From contig JBIIXT010000001.1 in NCBI GenBank assembly GCA_044347205.1, forward strand, positions 12,988 through 76,987: 64,000 bases of DNA. Reading direction: 5' to 3'. A program made the translations under genes and the position numbers. The DNA comes from Candidatus Nanopelagicus sp. GTDB lineage: Bacteria; Actinomycetota; Actinomycetes; Nanopelagicales; Nanopelagicaceae. This document shows positions 53,341 to 62,891 of this stretch, in pieces; positions within the stretch are counted from its first letter, which is position 1; every line of letters starts with the position of its first letter. The notes under the pieces were generated by a model. It had not been told where the DNA came from. It saw only the letters and a program-made list of their open reading frames with translations, and made no database searches.

Positions 53341-53937
53341 GTTATTTTCAATGGCGATGCTAAGTGCCTGCGTTCGATTACTGGCATTTAATTTTCGATA
53401 GATAGCCGCTAAGTGAGTCTTAATTGTTGCTTCGGTTAAAAATAACTTAGCCCCCATGGCCGCTGCAGTACTGCCATCACCGAGTGATTGCAGAATCTGA
53501 TTTTCTCTGGGGGTTAAATCAAAGTTTATAACGATGGGCTTAGGTAGAACTTTTCCAACAACTCTAAATTTTGCAGGATTTTTGCTCAGCTCAATTAAAG
53601 TATTTAGCAGACTATCAATCGGTGCACTCTTCAGGATAAAGGAGTCTGCCCCCGAGGCTTTTGCTAGCTCTAAGCTTTGATTTTCATCATCCATGGTCAG
53701 TATTACAAATTTCGTTTTTGGTAGCAGGTGCTTTACCTCTGCGATTAAATCACTACCTAGGCCATCACCTAAATTTAAATCTACAATACAAAAATCGGGA
53801 GATATATTATTTAGAACTGCCAGCGCCTCAGCTTTAGATGCAGCCTGCCCGATTATGCTGTAATCAGCCTTTGATAAAGCTTGTGCAATTCCGGACCTAA
53901 TTAATGCATGATCATCAACGATTACAATAGTTTTCAT
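53326..53937 (-). CDS. NarL/LuxR family response regulator
   Basis: IVDDH, VDL phospho-acceptor, ILT, FILK, LTPRE...TIKTHL HTH. Confidence 0.92.
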   Translation of the reverse strand: MKTIVIVDDHALIRSGIAQALSKADYSIIGQAASKAEALAVLNNISPDFCIVDLNLGDGLGSDLIAEVKHLLPKTKFVILTMDDENQSLELAKASGADSFILKSAPIDSLLNTLIELSKNPAKFRVVGKVLPKPIVINFDLTPRENQILQSLGDGSTAAAMGAKLFLTEATIKTHLAAIYRKLNASNRTQALSIAIENNLIKQ

Positions 53938-54506
53938 TTCAGCGTTATTTCATATTTATAATTCTCAGCCGATACCTGAAAGCCTATTTTTTCTAATCTT
54001 TCAAATAAGCCAGTTAATCCATAGGAGATTCGAATCCGCTCATGTTCTAGCGTGGGCGCAAAAATTCCATCATCCTCATATTTGATCCCTGAATCACTTA
54101 ATTCAATTGTGATTTTGCTGCAGCCAGAGTGCGTTCGAGAATTTAGTACTAACTCACGAATGCAACGGGTAATTTCATATTTATACTGTGAAGCAATAGC
54201 GAACTGTCCATTTACCTCAAAAGTGATTTCAGTATTACTTAGCAAAATGCCTGTCTGCTGTTGGATAATCTCGGCGAGGCCACGAGGATCCTTATTTCTA
54301 AGATTATAGATTTCTTCACGAACTTGATCTGTCACGCCAGAGATGTTCAGCCTTACCTTACGTAGATCTTGCCGAGATTGCTGGCTAATTAATTCATCAC
54401 CAATTAGCGCATCTATTTGATAACCAATTGCAGATAATTCTTGGGCCAATCCATCGTGCAGCTCTCGCGCTAGGCGAGAGCGTTCTGAATTAGGCGAAAA
54501 GTTCAT
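53934..54506 (-). CDS. HisKA_3 histidine kinase with no sensor or TM domain
   Basis: ERSRLARELHDGLAQEL H-box, ELVLNSRTHS N-box, DDG, GLTGLFER. Confidence 0.8.
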   Translation of the reverse strand: MNFSPNSERSRLARELHDGLAQELSAIGYQIDALIGDELISQQSRQDLRKVRLNISGVTDQVREEIYNLRNKDPRGLAEIIQQQTGILLSNTEITFEVNGQFAIASQYKYEITRCIRELVLNSRTHSGCSKITIELSDSGIKYEDDGIFAPTLEHERIRISYGLTGLFERLEKIGFQVSAENYKYEITLK

Positions 54507-56274
54507 CTATCTCGCTAGCGAATTGTTGTCCAACAACATGTCGCTTAACGGATAGTTTGGCGGTTAGCTGGCCACCAGCAATTGTGAAATCCACTGGAAG
54601 TACTGTGAATTTTCTAATTGATTCTGCCCGACTTACTGCCTTATTAGTTTCATCAACTGCGCTTTGAATTACTGAAAGTAGCGCTGGATCTTTTGCTAAC
54701 TCGGCAATTGTCGCCCCTTCTTTTTTGTTAGCAACCATCCATGGCTTAATTGAATCTGGATCTAGCGTAATTAGCGCCGCAATAAATGGTTTGTTATCGC
54801 CAACAACCATGCACTGTGAAATTAGGGGATGTGAACGCAGGCGATCTTCAAGGACGGCAGGTGCAACGTTTTTTCCACCAGCGGTAACAATTAACTCTTT
54901 CTTGCGACCTACGATGTATAGGAAACCTGCATCATCAATTCTTCCAAGATCTCCTGTTTTAAAGAATCGATCAGATGTAAATACTTCGGCGTTAGCAGCA
55001 TCGTTCTGCCAGTAACCCTTCATAACGATTGGGCCCTTGATTAAAACTTCGCCATCTTCAGCAATCTTGATGGTGTTACCAGGAATTGGTTTTCCAACGG
55101 AACCAACTTCGTGCGCCCAAGTTAAATTCAAGGTTGCACCAGCTGTAGTTTCAGTTAAACCGTATCCCTCGAGTACACGAATTCCGGCGCCGCGATAGAA
55201 ATGGCCTAGTCGCTCACCAAGAGGAGCGCCTCCGGAGATAGCCGCTTCAACTCTGCCACCCATTCCAGCGCGAATCTTTGAATAAACCAATTTATCAAAT
55301 AAGCCATGTTGAATTCGAAGCATCGGTGAGATTTTTTTAGTATCTAAACCTTGGCTGTATGCAATTGCAACTGCAGCAGCCTTTGCGAAAATCTTTCCTT
55401 TACCGGCAGCCTCTGCCTTTGCTTCACCACCGTTGTAGATTTTTTCAAAAATTCTAGGTACGGCTAGTACGAAGGTTGGTTTAAAGCTGGCTAAATCTGC
55501 TGGCAATCTTGTGATGTCACCACAGTGAGCCAAGTGAAGTCCAGCGGTGATGGCACCGATCTGCACCATGCGACCAAATACGTGAGCAACTGGCAGGAAC
55601 AATAAAGTTGAACCACCAGGCTTTAGAAATAGATCACTTGCTCCGTTAACTACGTTGCCACACTCAGAAAGAAAGTTGGCATGAGTTAGTTGAACACCTT
55701 TAGGTTTGCCAGTAGTACCTGATGTGTAAATCAAAGTAGCTAGTGATTCTGGCGTAAGTGAGTTTCTGCGCTGTGTTACTACATCATCAGAAATTGATTT
55801 TCCAGCTTCAGTTAATGTCGAAAGTGCGTTATCGGTGATACTCCAAATAAGTTTACAAGCAGCTGGCATTACTGGCTTTACTACCTCTGCCAAGACTGAA
55901 GTTTCTACAATAATTGCAACCGCGCCAGAGTCACTTAAGATCCAATCGACTTGTTCGGCACTTGATGTTTCATAGATTGGGACTGGAACCGCGCCGCTGT
56001 ACCAAATGGCAAAATCTAAAATCGTCCATTCATATCGTGTACGTGCCATGATCGCTACGCGATCACCCTCATTAATGCCTGATGCGATTAATCCTTTAGC
56101 AACAGCGCGAATTTCATCTTCAAACTCTTTAGCTGTTACAGGTTGCCAGTTATCGCCAAATGGTCTTGATGCCACAATGCGCTCTGGTTCAAACCAGGCG
56201 CGCTCTGAAATTAAATTAGTTAAATTACCGGCCGCCGCTGGCGGAATTATTGCTGGGATTGATATCTCATTCAT
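54490..56274 (-). CDS. fadD: Long-chain fatty acyl-CoA synthetase (FadD15-like)
   Basis: YTSGTTGKPKG, EGYGLTET, FKTGDLG, GRKKELIVTAGGKNV. Confidence 0.93.
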   Translation of the reverse strand: MNEISIPAIIPPAAAGNLTNLISERAWFEPERIVASRPFGDNWQPVTAKEFEDEIRAVAKGLIASGINEGDRVAIMARTRYEWTILDFAIWYSGAVPVPIYETSSAEQVDWILSDSGAVAIIVETSVLAEVVKPVMPAACKLIWSITDNALSTLTEAGKSISDDVVTQRRNSLTPESLATLIYTSGTTGKPKGVQLTHANFLSECGNVVNGASDLFLKPGGSTLLFLPVAHVFGRMVQIGAITAGLHLAHCGDITRLPADLASFKPTFVLAVPRIFEKIYNGGEAKAEAAGKGKIFAKAAAVAIAYSQGLDTKKISPMLRIQHGLFDKLVYSKIRAGMGGRVEAAISGGAPLGERLGHFYRGAGIRVLEGYGLTETTAGATLNLTWAHEVGSVGKPIPGNTIKIAEDGEVLIKGPIVMKGYWQNDAANAEVFTSDRFFKTGDLGRIDDAGFLYIVGRKKELIVTAGGKNVAPAVLEDRLRSHPLISQCMVVGDNKPFIAALITLDPDSIKPWMVANKKEGATIAELAKDPALLSVIQSAVDETNKAVSRAESIRKFTVLPVDFTIAGGQLTAKLSVKRHVVGQQFASEIDELFA

Positions 56275-56333
56275 GGCGCCAACGCTATCGCCTACTGGGG
56301 GCCAAAGGCCAGAGTCGGTCTGTAACGATTTGA

Positions 56334-56349
56334 TCTACTAAGCGGTAAC
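56334..56349. promoter_or_regulatory. Candidate fatty-acid regulon operator between fadD and the SRPBCC gene
   Basis: Reverse complement GTTACCGCTTAGTAGA matches the fadA site at 12/16 positions and overlaps the TAACCT -10 box. Confidence 0.45.
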
Positions 56350-56358
56350 CTTGGGCTC

Positions 56359-56796
56359 ATGTCCGATATATCAACCTCCACCGTAACGATCCAAGCCGCC
56401 GCTAGTGACATTCAGGAAATTCTCACCGATCTTCCTACCTATCCAACCTGGTCAACTTCAATTAAATCTGTAAACGTAATTAGTAAGGATGACCAAGGTC
56501 GCGCCACTCAGGTACAAGTATCAGTTGATGCTGGCGCTCTTAAAGATAAGCCAACTTTAAATTACGACTGGAGCAAAACTCCGGGCCGAATTGAGTTCTC
56601 ACTCGAAGATGCTGATCTCTTAACAGAGATGACGGGTGCCTACATAATTAAAGATAATGGTGATGAAACAACAGATGTTACTTATGAATTAACAGTTGGA
56701 TTATCAATGCCAGTTCCAGCAGTGATGCGACAAAAAGCCGAAAAAGCCACAATTGATCTTGCTTTAAAACAATTAAAGGAAAAACTGGAAAATTAA
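56359..56796 (+). CDS. SRPBCC (polyketide cyclase/START-like) family protein
   Basis: DLPTYPTW, GAY, VTYEL, KAEK..ID.AL..LK; conserved divergent neighbour of fadD15. Confidence 0.87.
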   Translation: MSDISTSTVTIQAAASDIQEILTDLPTYPTWSTSIKSVNVISKDDQGRATQVQVSVDAGALKDKPTLNYDWSKTPGRIEFSLEDADLLTEMTGAYIIKDNGDETTDVTYELTVGLSMPVPAVMRQKAEKATIDLALKQLKEKLEN

Positions 56797-57762
56797 TTGA
56801 TTTTATCAAGTGCGGCTGTTGGCTTAACTGTTGGTATTGATATTGGTGGCACCAAGGTTCTTGGCGGAGTAGTAAATGACAAAGGTGAAGTCTTAGAGAG
56901 CATTCGTAAAGACACACCTAAATCTGGTGGTCAAGATTTAATCAATGTAGTAATTGAGATCGTTAAGTCTCTTCAACTTAACCACAAAATTGTTGGAATC
57001 GGCGTAAGTAACGCCGGTATTGTCTCCTCTGATCGCAGAACAATTGTTGCTGCTGGAAATATTTCTAACTGGAACAACATCTCACTAGCTGATGCACTAC
57101 AGGCTGAGTTTAATTTGCCTGCTGTTGTTGAAAATGATGCCAATGCAGCGATTTGGGCTGAATACAAATTTGGCAATGCGCAAGGTTTAAATCCAGTGAT
57201 GTTTTTTATAATTGGAACTGGAATGGGCGGCGGTTTAATTGTTGATGGCAAGTTATATCGTGGCGCAAATGGCATTGGCGCTGAATTCGGTCACATGATG
57301 GTCAATCTAGATGGTGAAAAATGCGGATGTGGTGCAATTGGTTGTATTGAAACATACGCATCTGGCAGTGCATTAATGCGTTATGCGCATGAGGGGATTA
57401 ATGCAGATCCCCAAGCAGGTAAAACTTTGCTGCAATTTGGTGATGGATCACTTGCAGGATTTACTGGAAAAGATTTAACTAAAGCGGCCCAAGCGGGAAA
57501 TCCAATTGCCTTATCAGCCTTTGCAAAACAATCTGATTGGGTAGGTTCTGCTATCGCCTCTTACACAATGCTGCTAGACCCAGAAGCAATTGTCATCGGT
57601 GGAGGCGTAATCGATGCCGGTGATTTGTTTTTAAAGCCAGCCATTGCTGCTGCTCAAAAATATATGCCATTTGCCGGCAAGCACCCACTACCTAAAATTA
57701 TTGCTGCAAAATTTGGAAATGAAGCTGGCTTAATTGGGGCGGCAGATTTAGTTAGAGAGTAG
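56797..57762 (+). CDS. glk: ROK family glucokinase
   Basis: GIDIGGTK, ENDANAA, GTGMGGG, EFGH, CGCGAIGCIE. Confidence 0.92.
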   Translation: MILSSAAVGLTVGIDIGGTKVLGGVVNDKGEVLESIRKDTPKSGGQDLINVVIEIVKSLQLNHKIVGIGVSNAGIVSSDRRTIVAAGNISNWNNISLADALQAEFNLPAVVENDANAAIWAEYKFGNAQGLNPVMFFIIGTGMGGGLIVDGKLYRGANGIGAEFGHMMVNLDGEKCGCGAIGCIETYASGSALMRYAHEGINADPQAGKTLLQFGDGSLAGFTGKDLTKAAQAGNPIALSAFAKQSDWVGSAIASYTMLLDPEAIVIGGGVIDAGDLFLKPAIAAAQKYMPFAGKHPLPKIIAAKFGNEAGLIGAADLVRE

Positions 57763-58864
57763 CGCCTTCATCAAAATCATCATTTGGTTTAGCGGTTCGC
57801 CAAATTAATGATGCTACGCCGCCGCAGATAGAAAGTAAGCCGGGCCAAACACCGAAAATATCAAAATCTGTAAATTGGTTTGCAATTAGGTAAATGAGGC
57901 CACCACCAATTGCAATAAAGCTTGCCCGCTGGATTTGATCAAAGATCGGCCACTTTGGATTTGGCGGTATGAAGGAATCTGCCTCATTATTTCTAGATAG
58001 TTCATCCAAATAGGTGTTTGGTGTGGATTCATCTAATGATAAGCCAGAGACAATTGAATCAAACTCGGCATCGATTAACTCCCGTTGACTGTAATCATCA
58101 TCGCGGCTTATCTGCCCGCTTAGCACCTCTTGAATAAATAATTGTGATTGTTCATTTAATAAATCACAGTCATAATCAAGTGCCACGTTGTGGAAGGATT
58201 TTTCAAAGATAACTTCTCGGATATCAACTGAGTAAATTCCTTCAATTACGGTATCTGAATTACTTGGGTCAACGACATGATCATTAATTGAGTAACCAAT
58301 CATTACTGGAAGATCAATTAGATATAAATCTCGTTCAACTAAGCGCCATAGTTTTCGCAGTGAATCCAGCGCCTTTAGTGGCGTGCGTCCGTAGCTATGC
58401 TTTGGTGGGTTCGCTTTTGCAACATCACTTAGGGCTCGCCCTTTAATTGATGGAATAAAATATTTAATTAGGGGAGTAAACTTTAAAGCAAATCTGCGGT
58501 CATGAATTGATGGATTTACTAATAACAAACCTTCAATTTCACTTCCTCGAATCTGACAAAGTTTTAAGGCAAGCGCCCCACCCATAGAAAAGCCAGCAAC
58601 AAATACCCGATCACATTTATCTTTAAGTGCTAGGTATGAATCCTCAACGCATGTGTACCAATCTGGCCAACTGGTTTCATTCATTTCTTGCCAATTACTT
58701 CCATGGCCAGGTAAGCGTGGTGCATGAACTGTGTAACCCTGTTGATTTAAATACTTAGCCCAAGGCGCTATTGAAACTGGAGAACCGGTGAATCCGTGGA
58801 TTACTAAGATGCCGATTTTGCTGCCGGGAAGGACCAAACCTTCGGAGTTTGGAATGGTATTCAC
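57752..58864 (-). CDS. Alpha/beta hydrolase (carboxylesterase/lipase) with C-terminal two-TM extension
   Basis: HGFTGSP, LPGHG, GFSMGG nucleophile elbow, DHVV, SFH; about 110 extra C-terminal residues with 2 TM helices. Confidence 0.88.
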   Translation of the reverse strand: MNTIPNSEGLVLPGSKIGILVIHGFTGSPVSIAPWAKYLNQQGYTVHAPRLPGHGSNWQEMNETSWPDWYTCVEDSYLALKDKCDRVFVAGFSMGGALALKLCQIRGSEIEGLLLVNPSIHDRRFALKFTPLIKYFIPSIKGRALSDVAKANPPKHSYGRTPLKALDSLRKLWRLVERDLYLIDLPVMIGYSINDHVVDPSNSDTVIEGIYSVDIREVIFEKSFHNVALDYDCDLLNEQSQLFIQEVLSGQISRDDDYSQRELIDAEFDSIVSGLSLDESTPNTYLDELSRNNEADSFIPPNPKWPIFDQIQRASFIAIGGGLIYLIANQFTDFDIFGVWPGLLSICGGVASLIWRTAKPNDDFDEGATL

Positions 58865-58908
58865 GCTCAGATGGTGGCATACATTGCCAGAAGCCCTAAA
58901 TTACTCCT

Positions 58909-59610
58909 GTGGCCTATCGAATTTTAAAATCCTTCTTGGTGCCGTTATTAATGTTGTTATTTCGACCAAAGGTAACTGGTTTGCGCCATGTGCCATCGAC
59001 TGGTCCGGTGATCATTGCATCAAATCATCTCTCCTTTAGCGATTCAATTTTTATGCCACTTGTAGTCCCTCGCAAAGTTACTTTTTTAGCCAAGAGCGAG
59101 TACTTCACCTCTCCAGGGTTAAAAGGATTTATTAAGAAGTTAACCTTTATTGCATTAGGCCAGGTGCCGGTAGATCGCTCTGGTGGAAAACGCAGTGAGG
59201 CTGCGCTACTAACAGGACTGCGAGTATTAAATGAGGGCAGTTGCATTGGTATCTACCCCGAGGGCACACGATCACCAGATGGTCGCCTATATAAAGGTCG
59301 AACCGGAATTGCTCGAATGGCGATTGAATCTGGCGCAGCAGTTGTTCCAGTTGCGATGTTTAATACCGCTGAGATTCAACCAACTGGGCAGGTTGTACCA
59401 AACTTGCGAAGAGTAGAGATGATCTTTGCTGAACCGATGTACTTCACCGGGGATTCAACTGATCAGGCGGTGCTTCGAGAGGCAACAAATAAAATTATGG
59501 ATGTAATAGCTGGGATTTCTGGCCAAGTTTATGTGCCGAATATGTACGCATCAGAGGCCAAAGATGCGATTGCAAAAAGTAAAGCTGAAAATGCTGGAGA
59601 CTTTGAATAG
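58909..59610 (+). CDS. plsC: 1-acyl-sn-glycerol-3-phosphate acyltransferase
   Basis: SNHLSFSD, FLAKSEYF, YPEGTRSPDGRLYKG. Confidence 0.92.
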   Translation: MAYRILKSFLVPLLMLLFRPKVTGLRHVPSTGPVIIASNHLSFSDSIFMPLVVPRKVTFLAKSEYFTSPGLKGFIKKLTFIALGQVPVDRSGGKRSEAALLTGLRVLNEGSCIGIYPEGTRSPDGRLYKGRTGIARMAIESGAAVVPVAMFNTAEIQPTGQVVPNLRRVEMIFAEPMYFTGDSTDQAVLREATNKIMDVIAGISGQVYVPNMYASEAKDAIAKSKAENAGDFE

Positions 59611-59613
59611 CAC

Positions 59614-60306
59614 TTATTCAGCGCCGACAAACTCTTTTCTTGATTGCAAGTAATTACACATATCGCATAACGCTTTTGCGGTCGGCATCTTGGCATCTAC
59701 AACAGTTATGAAATCAGTTAAGCGCTCCTGTAGCGCCGCAGGATTTCGAGCAATTGGGCGCCAAGTGTGTTTTAACTTTAAACCAAAACCCTTAGTTACA
59801 TCACCAGCTGGTTCAAGCAGTGACCAAACTAGTAATCCCATAAGGGAGACTTTCTTAGCTTCACCAGTTGCCGGATTTTCTAGTGCAAATGCGTAAGCCT
59901 CAAGTTGTGGCTGGTATAGATCAGTTTTATCTGAATCTTTTGCTTGAAATTTGCAATCAATAATTCCGTAGGTGCCATCGGCAAACTCAATTAGCAAGTC
60001 ATACTTTCCACGAATTGCATACTTAGATGCTGCGCCATTAACTGGAATTAAAGATGATTTAACCCAACCACCTAGATCTAAAACTTTACCGGCCGGAAGT
60101 ACTGGTGCGATATCAGATGTATTTTTTCCTGCAAAGTAATTCTCTTGCATCGTAGCTAGGTCACCAACTAGTGGCATGAAGCCTGGAGTTCGAAGACCAT
60201 GGTTGTAGCTAAGCCATAGGCAGCGATGACAGCCACCCCATGAAAATGTTAAATCTGAGGGTGAGATAAATTCGCGAGCTTTTCCGACTGCAGTTGATGA
60301 GGCCAT
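59614..60306 (-). CDS. PD-(D/E)XK nuclease, RecB/Cas4-like, with split 4-Cys motif
   Basis: SPSDL, CHRC, GKYD, IIDCK, QLEAY, CDMC; ATG at 60306 follows a -10-like box. Confidence 0.82.
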   Translation of the reverse strand: MASSTAVGKAREFISPSDLTFSWGGCHRCLWLSYNHGLRTPGFMPLVGDLATMQENYFAGKNTSDIAPVLPAGKVLDLGGWVKSSLIPVNGAASKYAIRGKYDLLIEFADGTYGIIDCKFQAKDSDKTDLYQPQLEAYAFALENPATGEAKKVSLMGLLVWSLLEPAGDVTKGFGLKLKHTWRPIARNPAALQERLTDFITVVDAKMPTAKALCDMCNYLQSRKEFVGAE

Positions 60307-60312
60307 TTGCGA

Positions 60313-60334
60313 ATTCTGCCGATCAGCACTGACA
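60313..60334 (-). promoter_or_regulatory. RecA-NDp / PafBC-type DNA-damage promoter
   Basis: Minus strand reads TGTCAGTG-CTGATCGG-CAGAAT-N6-ATG. Confidence 0.65.
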
Positions 60335-60395
60335 TTGGCTGGTTTCGCCACGCAATTATTGAATTTAAGCCAGGAAAGTTAAGTGGTTGCAAGAG

Positions 60396-61049
60396 TTAAA
60401 GAAGGTAGATTGAGGCGATCGTAAAAAGACCTAAGGCGATCATCACAAAGCCACCAAAACGGCGCATGAAAATCAATCTATTGATATCACCGGCGAGCCA
60501 CTCACGGGCAGTTCCTGCTAATAAGCCATAGGTAGAATCAGATATAAATCCAATAACGCAGAAGATAAATCCCAGCAAAAGTAATTGCGCAGTTACATTA
60601 TTTTTTTCCTGATCAACAAAGGCTGGCAAGATCGCTGCAAAGAAAACGATTGATTTTGGGTTTAAAACTCCTACCCAGAAACCATTCTTAGCTGAAACCA
60701 ATAAGCTCGGTTTTAATCCTTCATTTTGTGCAAGCCCGGCCGCGTCTAATCTGCTTGCCTTAATTGCTATGTAACCCAGATAGATTAAATACAGGCCACC
60801 GCCCCATTGAACCGCGTGGTAGAAAAGTTCTGATCGTTGCAGCAGGGGACCAAGACCTACGGCCACAAGTACGGAGACGATAAACATGCCAAGAGTGTTT
60901 CCAGCCACGGTTGCAACCGCACTGGCTCGGCCCCATGCGATCGCCCTGGCAATGGTGAATAGCACCGAGGGTCCAGGGGCCAGAATGATCAAAATCGTGG
61001 CTATTAGGTACTCCCAGAGGCGTGAAGGGAGCAGATCTGAGTTGAACAC
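60396..61049 (-). CDS. LysE/RhtB family amino acid exporter
   Basis: APGPS, GGLYLIYLG, LNPKSIVFF. Confidence 0.92.
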   Translation of the reverse strand: MFNSDLLPSRLWEYLIATILIILAPGPSVLFTIARAIAWGRASAVATVAGNTLGMFIVSVLVAVGLGPLLQRSELFYHAVQWGGGLYLIYLGYIAIKASRLDAAGLAQNEGLKPSLLVSAKNGFWVGVLNPKSIVFFAAILPAFVDQEKNNVTAQLLLLGFIFCVIGFISDSTYGLLAGTAREWLAGDINRLIFMRRFGGFVMIALGLFTIASIYLL

Positions 61050-61111
61050 GCCCTAACCCTATGCCCAACAGGCTTGCCTTGACCCTGTTCAAATGCCTAT
61101 TATCCTTCCAT

Positions 61112-61144
61112 TCGATAGTATCGATTCGATATATCCAATAGATA
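61112..61144. promoter_or_regulatory. Array of alternating TCGATA/TATCGA half-sites, probable PadR operator
   Basis: TCGATA-G-TATCGA-T-TCGATA-TATCCA-A-TAGATA just upstream of padR. Confidence 0.6.
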
Positions 61145-61169
61145 TTCAACTAGCTTGAGGAAGGACCAA

Positions 61170-61712
61170 ATGCGCTCACGTGCTGAATCACTTGAATTCG
61201 CTCTCCTTGGGCTTTTATCTCAAGGCCCTCTTCATGGCTATGAATTAAGAAAACGTATGAGCGCAGTTTACGGACCATTTCGAGTTCTAAGTTTTTCAGT
61301 TCTCTATCCGCAGCTTCGAAAAATGTCGGAGGCTAATTTAATCGCTGAAACAATTAAAGAATCAGGCGGTTTATCTCGGCGCTCGCGAATTGTTTATGAA
61401 TTAACACCAAAGGGTGAGCAGAAGTTTGCAGATTTAATTGAGAGTTCAACACCAGATAATTTTGAGGATGAAGGTTTTGAGGTTCGGTTCGCATTTTTTG
61501 GCCCAACCCCAAAGAGCAGCAGAGTGCGAATTCTAGAAGGACGCCATCGTCGCTTACTAGAAAAGGCGGAGATCATTCGCCGTGAACTAACAAAGATTCC
61601 AGAAGGTATTGATACCTATTTGGTTGAGTGGCGCCGTCACTCATTGGAATCAGCTGAGCGAGAGATCACTTGGCTGGAAGAGATGTTAAAAACCGAAAGG
61701 AAGAGCAAGTGA
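61170..61712 (+). CDS. PadR family transcriptional regulator
   Basis: [27 protein letters not shown]; conserved position upstream of ino1. Confidence 0.92.
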   Translation: MRSRAESLEFALLGLLSQGPLHGYELRKRMSAVYGPFRVLSFSVLYPQLRKMSEANLIAETIKESGGLSRRSRIVYELTPKGEQKFADLIESSTPDNFEDEGFEVRFAFFGPTPKSSRVRILEGRHRRLLEKAEIIRRELTKIPEGIDTYLVEWRRHSLESAEREITWLEEMLKTERKSK

Positions 61713-62803
61713 CCATAGAAGATAAAGGTGAAATCAGAGTAGCCATTGTTGGAGTAGGAAACTGCGCTAACTCATTAGTACAAGGCATTACTTACTATAA
61801 AGATGCCACTAACGACAGTGAGATTCCTGGTTTGATGCATCCAGTTCTTGGCGGCTATCACATCAAGAATATCAATTTCGTCCTGGCACTAGATGTCGAT
61901 GCAAAAAAAGTTGGCTTAGATTTAGCTGATGCAATATGGGCTAGTGAGAACAACACCATTAAATTCGCTACCGTTGCACAAACTGGCGTTAAGGTAAAAC
62001 GCGGTGTAACACTTGATGGCTTGGGTCGCTATTACAAAGAGACCATCACTGAATCAACTGAAAAGCCGGTAGATGTTGTAGCTGAGTTAAAAGCTGCAAA
62101 AATTGATGTATTAATTTGCTACCTGCCTGTTGGTTCAGAGGAAGCAGCTAAGTTCTATGCCCAAGCTTCCATTGATGCCGGTTGCGCATTTGTTAATGCA
62201 TTGCCGGTCTTTATCGCCTCAGATCCAGAATGGGCAGATAAATTCACAAAGGCTGGAATTCCAATTGTTGGCGATGACATTAAATCTCAGGTTGGTGCAA
62301 CTATTACGCACCGAATCATGGCTAAGTTATTCCAAGACCGTGGAGTTCATTTAGATCGCACCTACCAGTTAAATGTTGGTGGAAATATGGACTTTAAAAA
62401 CATGCTTGAGCGTGATCGGTTAGAGTCGAAGAAAATCTCAAAGACTCAATCAGTTACCTCACAACTTGATTACGATCTAGGTAAGAAGAATGTGCACATC
62501 GGACCATCGGATTACATTCCATGGCTAGATGATCGCAAGTGGGCCTATGTTCGCCTGGAAGGCCGTGCTTTTGGTGATGTGCCGCTAAATCTTGAATACA
62601 AGCTAGAGGTTTGGGATTCACCAAACTCAGCAGGTGTAATCATTGACGCACTTCGCTGCGCAAAGATTGCATTAGATCGCAAGATTGGTGGACCACTACT
62701 TTCACCATCTAGTTACTTCATGAAATCTCCGCCAATTCAATACACAGATGAACAAGCATTTAATAAGGTAGAAGAGTTCATCAAAGGAAGTATCGAGAGA
62801 TAA
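61709..62803 (+). CDS. ino1: myo-inositol-1-phosphate synthase
   Basis: [42 protein letters not shown]. Confidence 0.97.
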   Translation: MTIEDKGEIRVAIVGVGNCANSLVQGITYYKDATNDSEIPGLMHPVLGGYHIKNINFVLALDVDAKKVGLDLADAIWASENNTIKFATVAQTGVKVKRGVTLDGLGRYYKETITESTEKPVDVVAELKAAKIDVLICYLPVGSEEAAKFYAQASIDAGCAFVNALPVFIASDPEWADKFTKAGIPIVGDDIKSQVGATITHRIMAKLFQDRGVHLDRTYQLNVGGNMDFKNMLERDRLESKKISKTQSVTSQLDYDLGKKNVHIGPSDYIPWLDDRKWAYVRLEGRAFGDVPLNLEYKLEVWDSPNSAGVIIDALRCAKIALDRKIGGPLLSPSSYFMKSPPIQYTDEQAFNKVEEFIKGSIER

Positions 62804-62834
62804 CAATAAGCGCGTGAAGTAGTTTAGAAATTGT

Positions 62835-62870
62835 AAAAGCCCCTAGAGATTTGATTCCCTAGGGGCTTTT
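62835..62870. terminator. Bidirectional intrinsic terminator between convergent genes
   Basis: AAAAGCCCCTAG...CTAGGGGCTTTT. Confidence 0.88.
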
Positions 62871-62891
62871 CCCTCTTGGAGAGTGAGGGCG

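Noticed and set aside
59614-60306. CRISPR-Cas locus suggested by the Cas4-like gene
   Set aside because: No repeat-spacer array or other cas genes are visible in the window.
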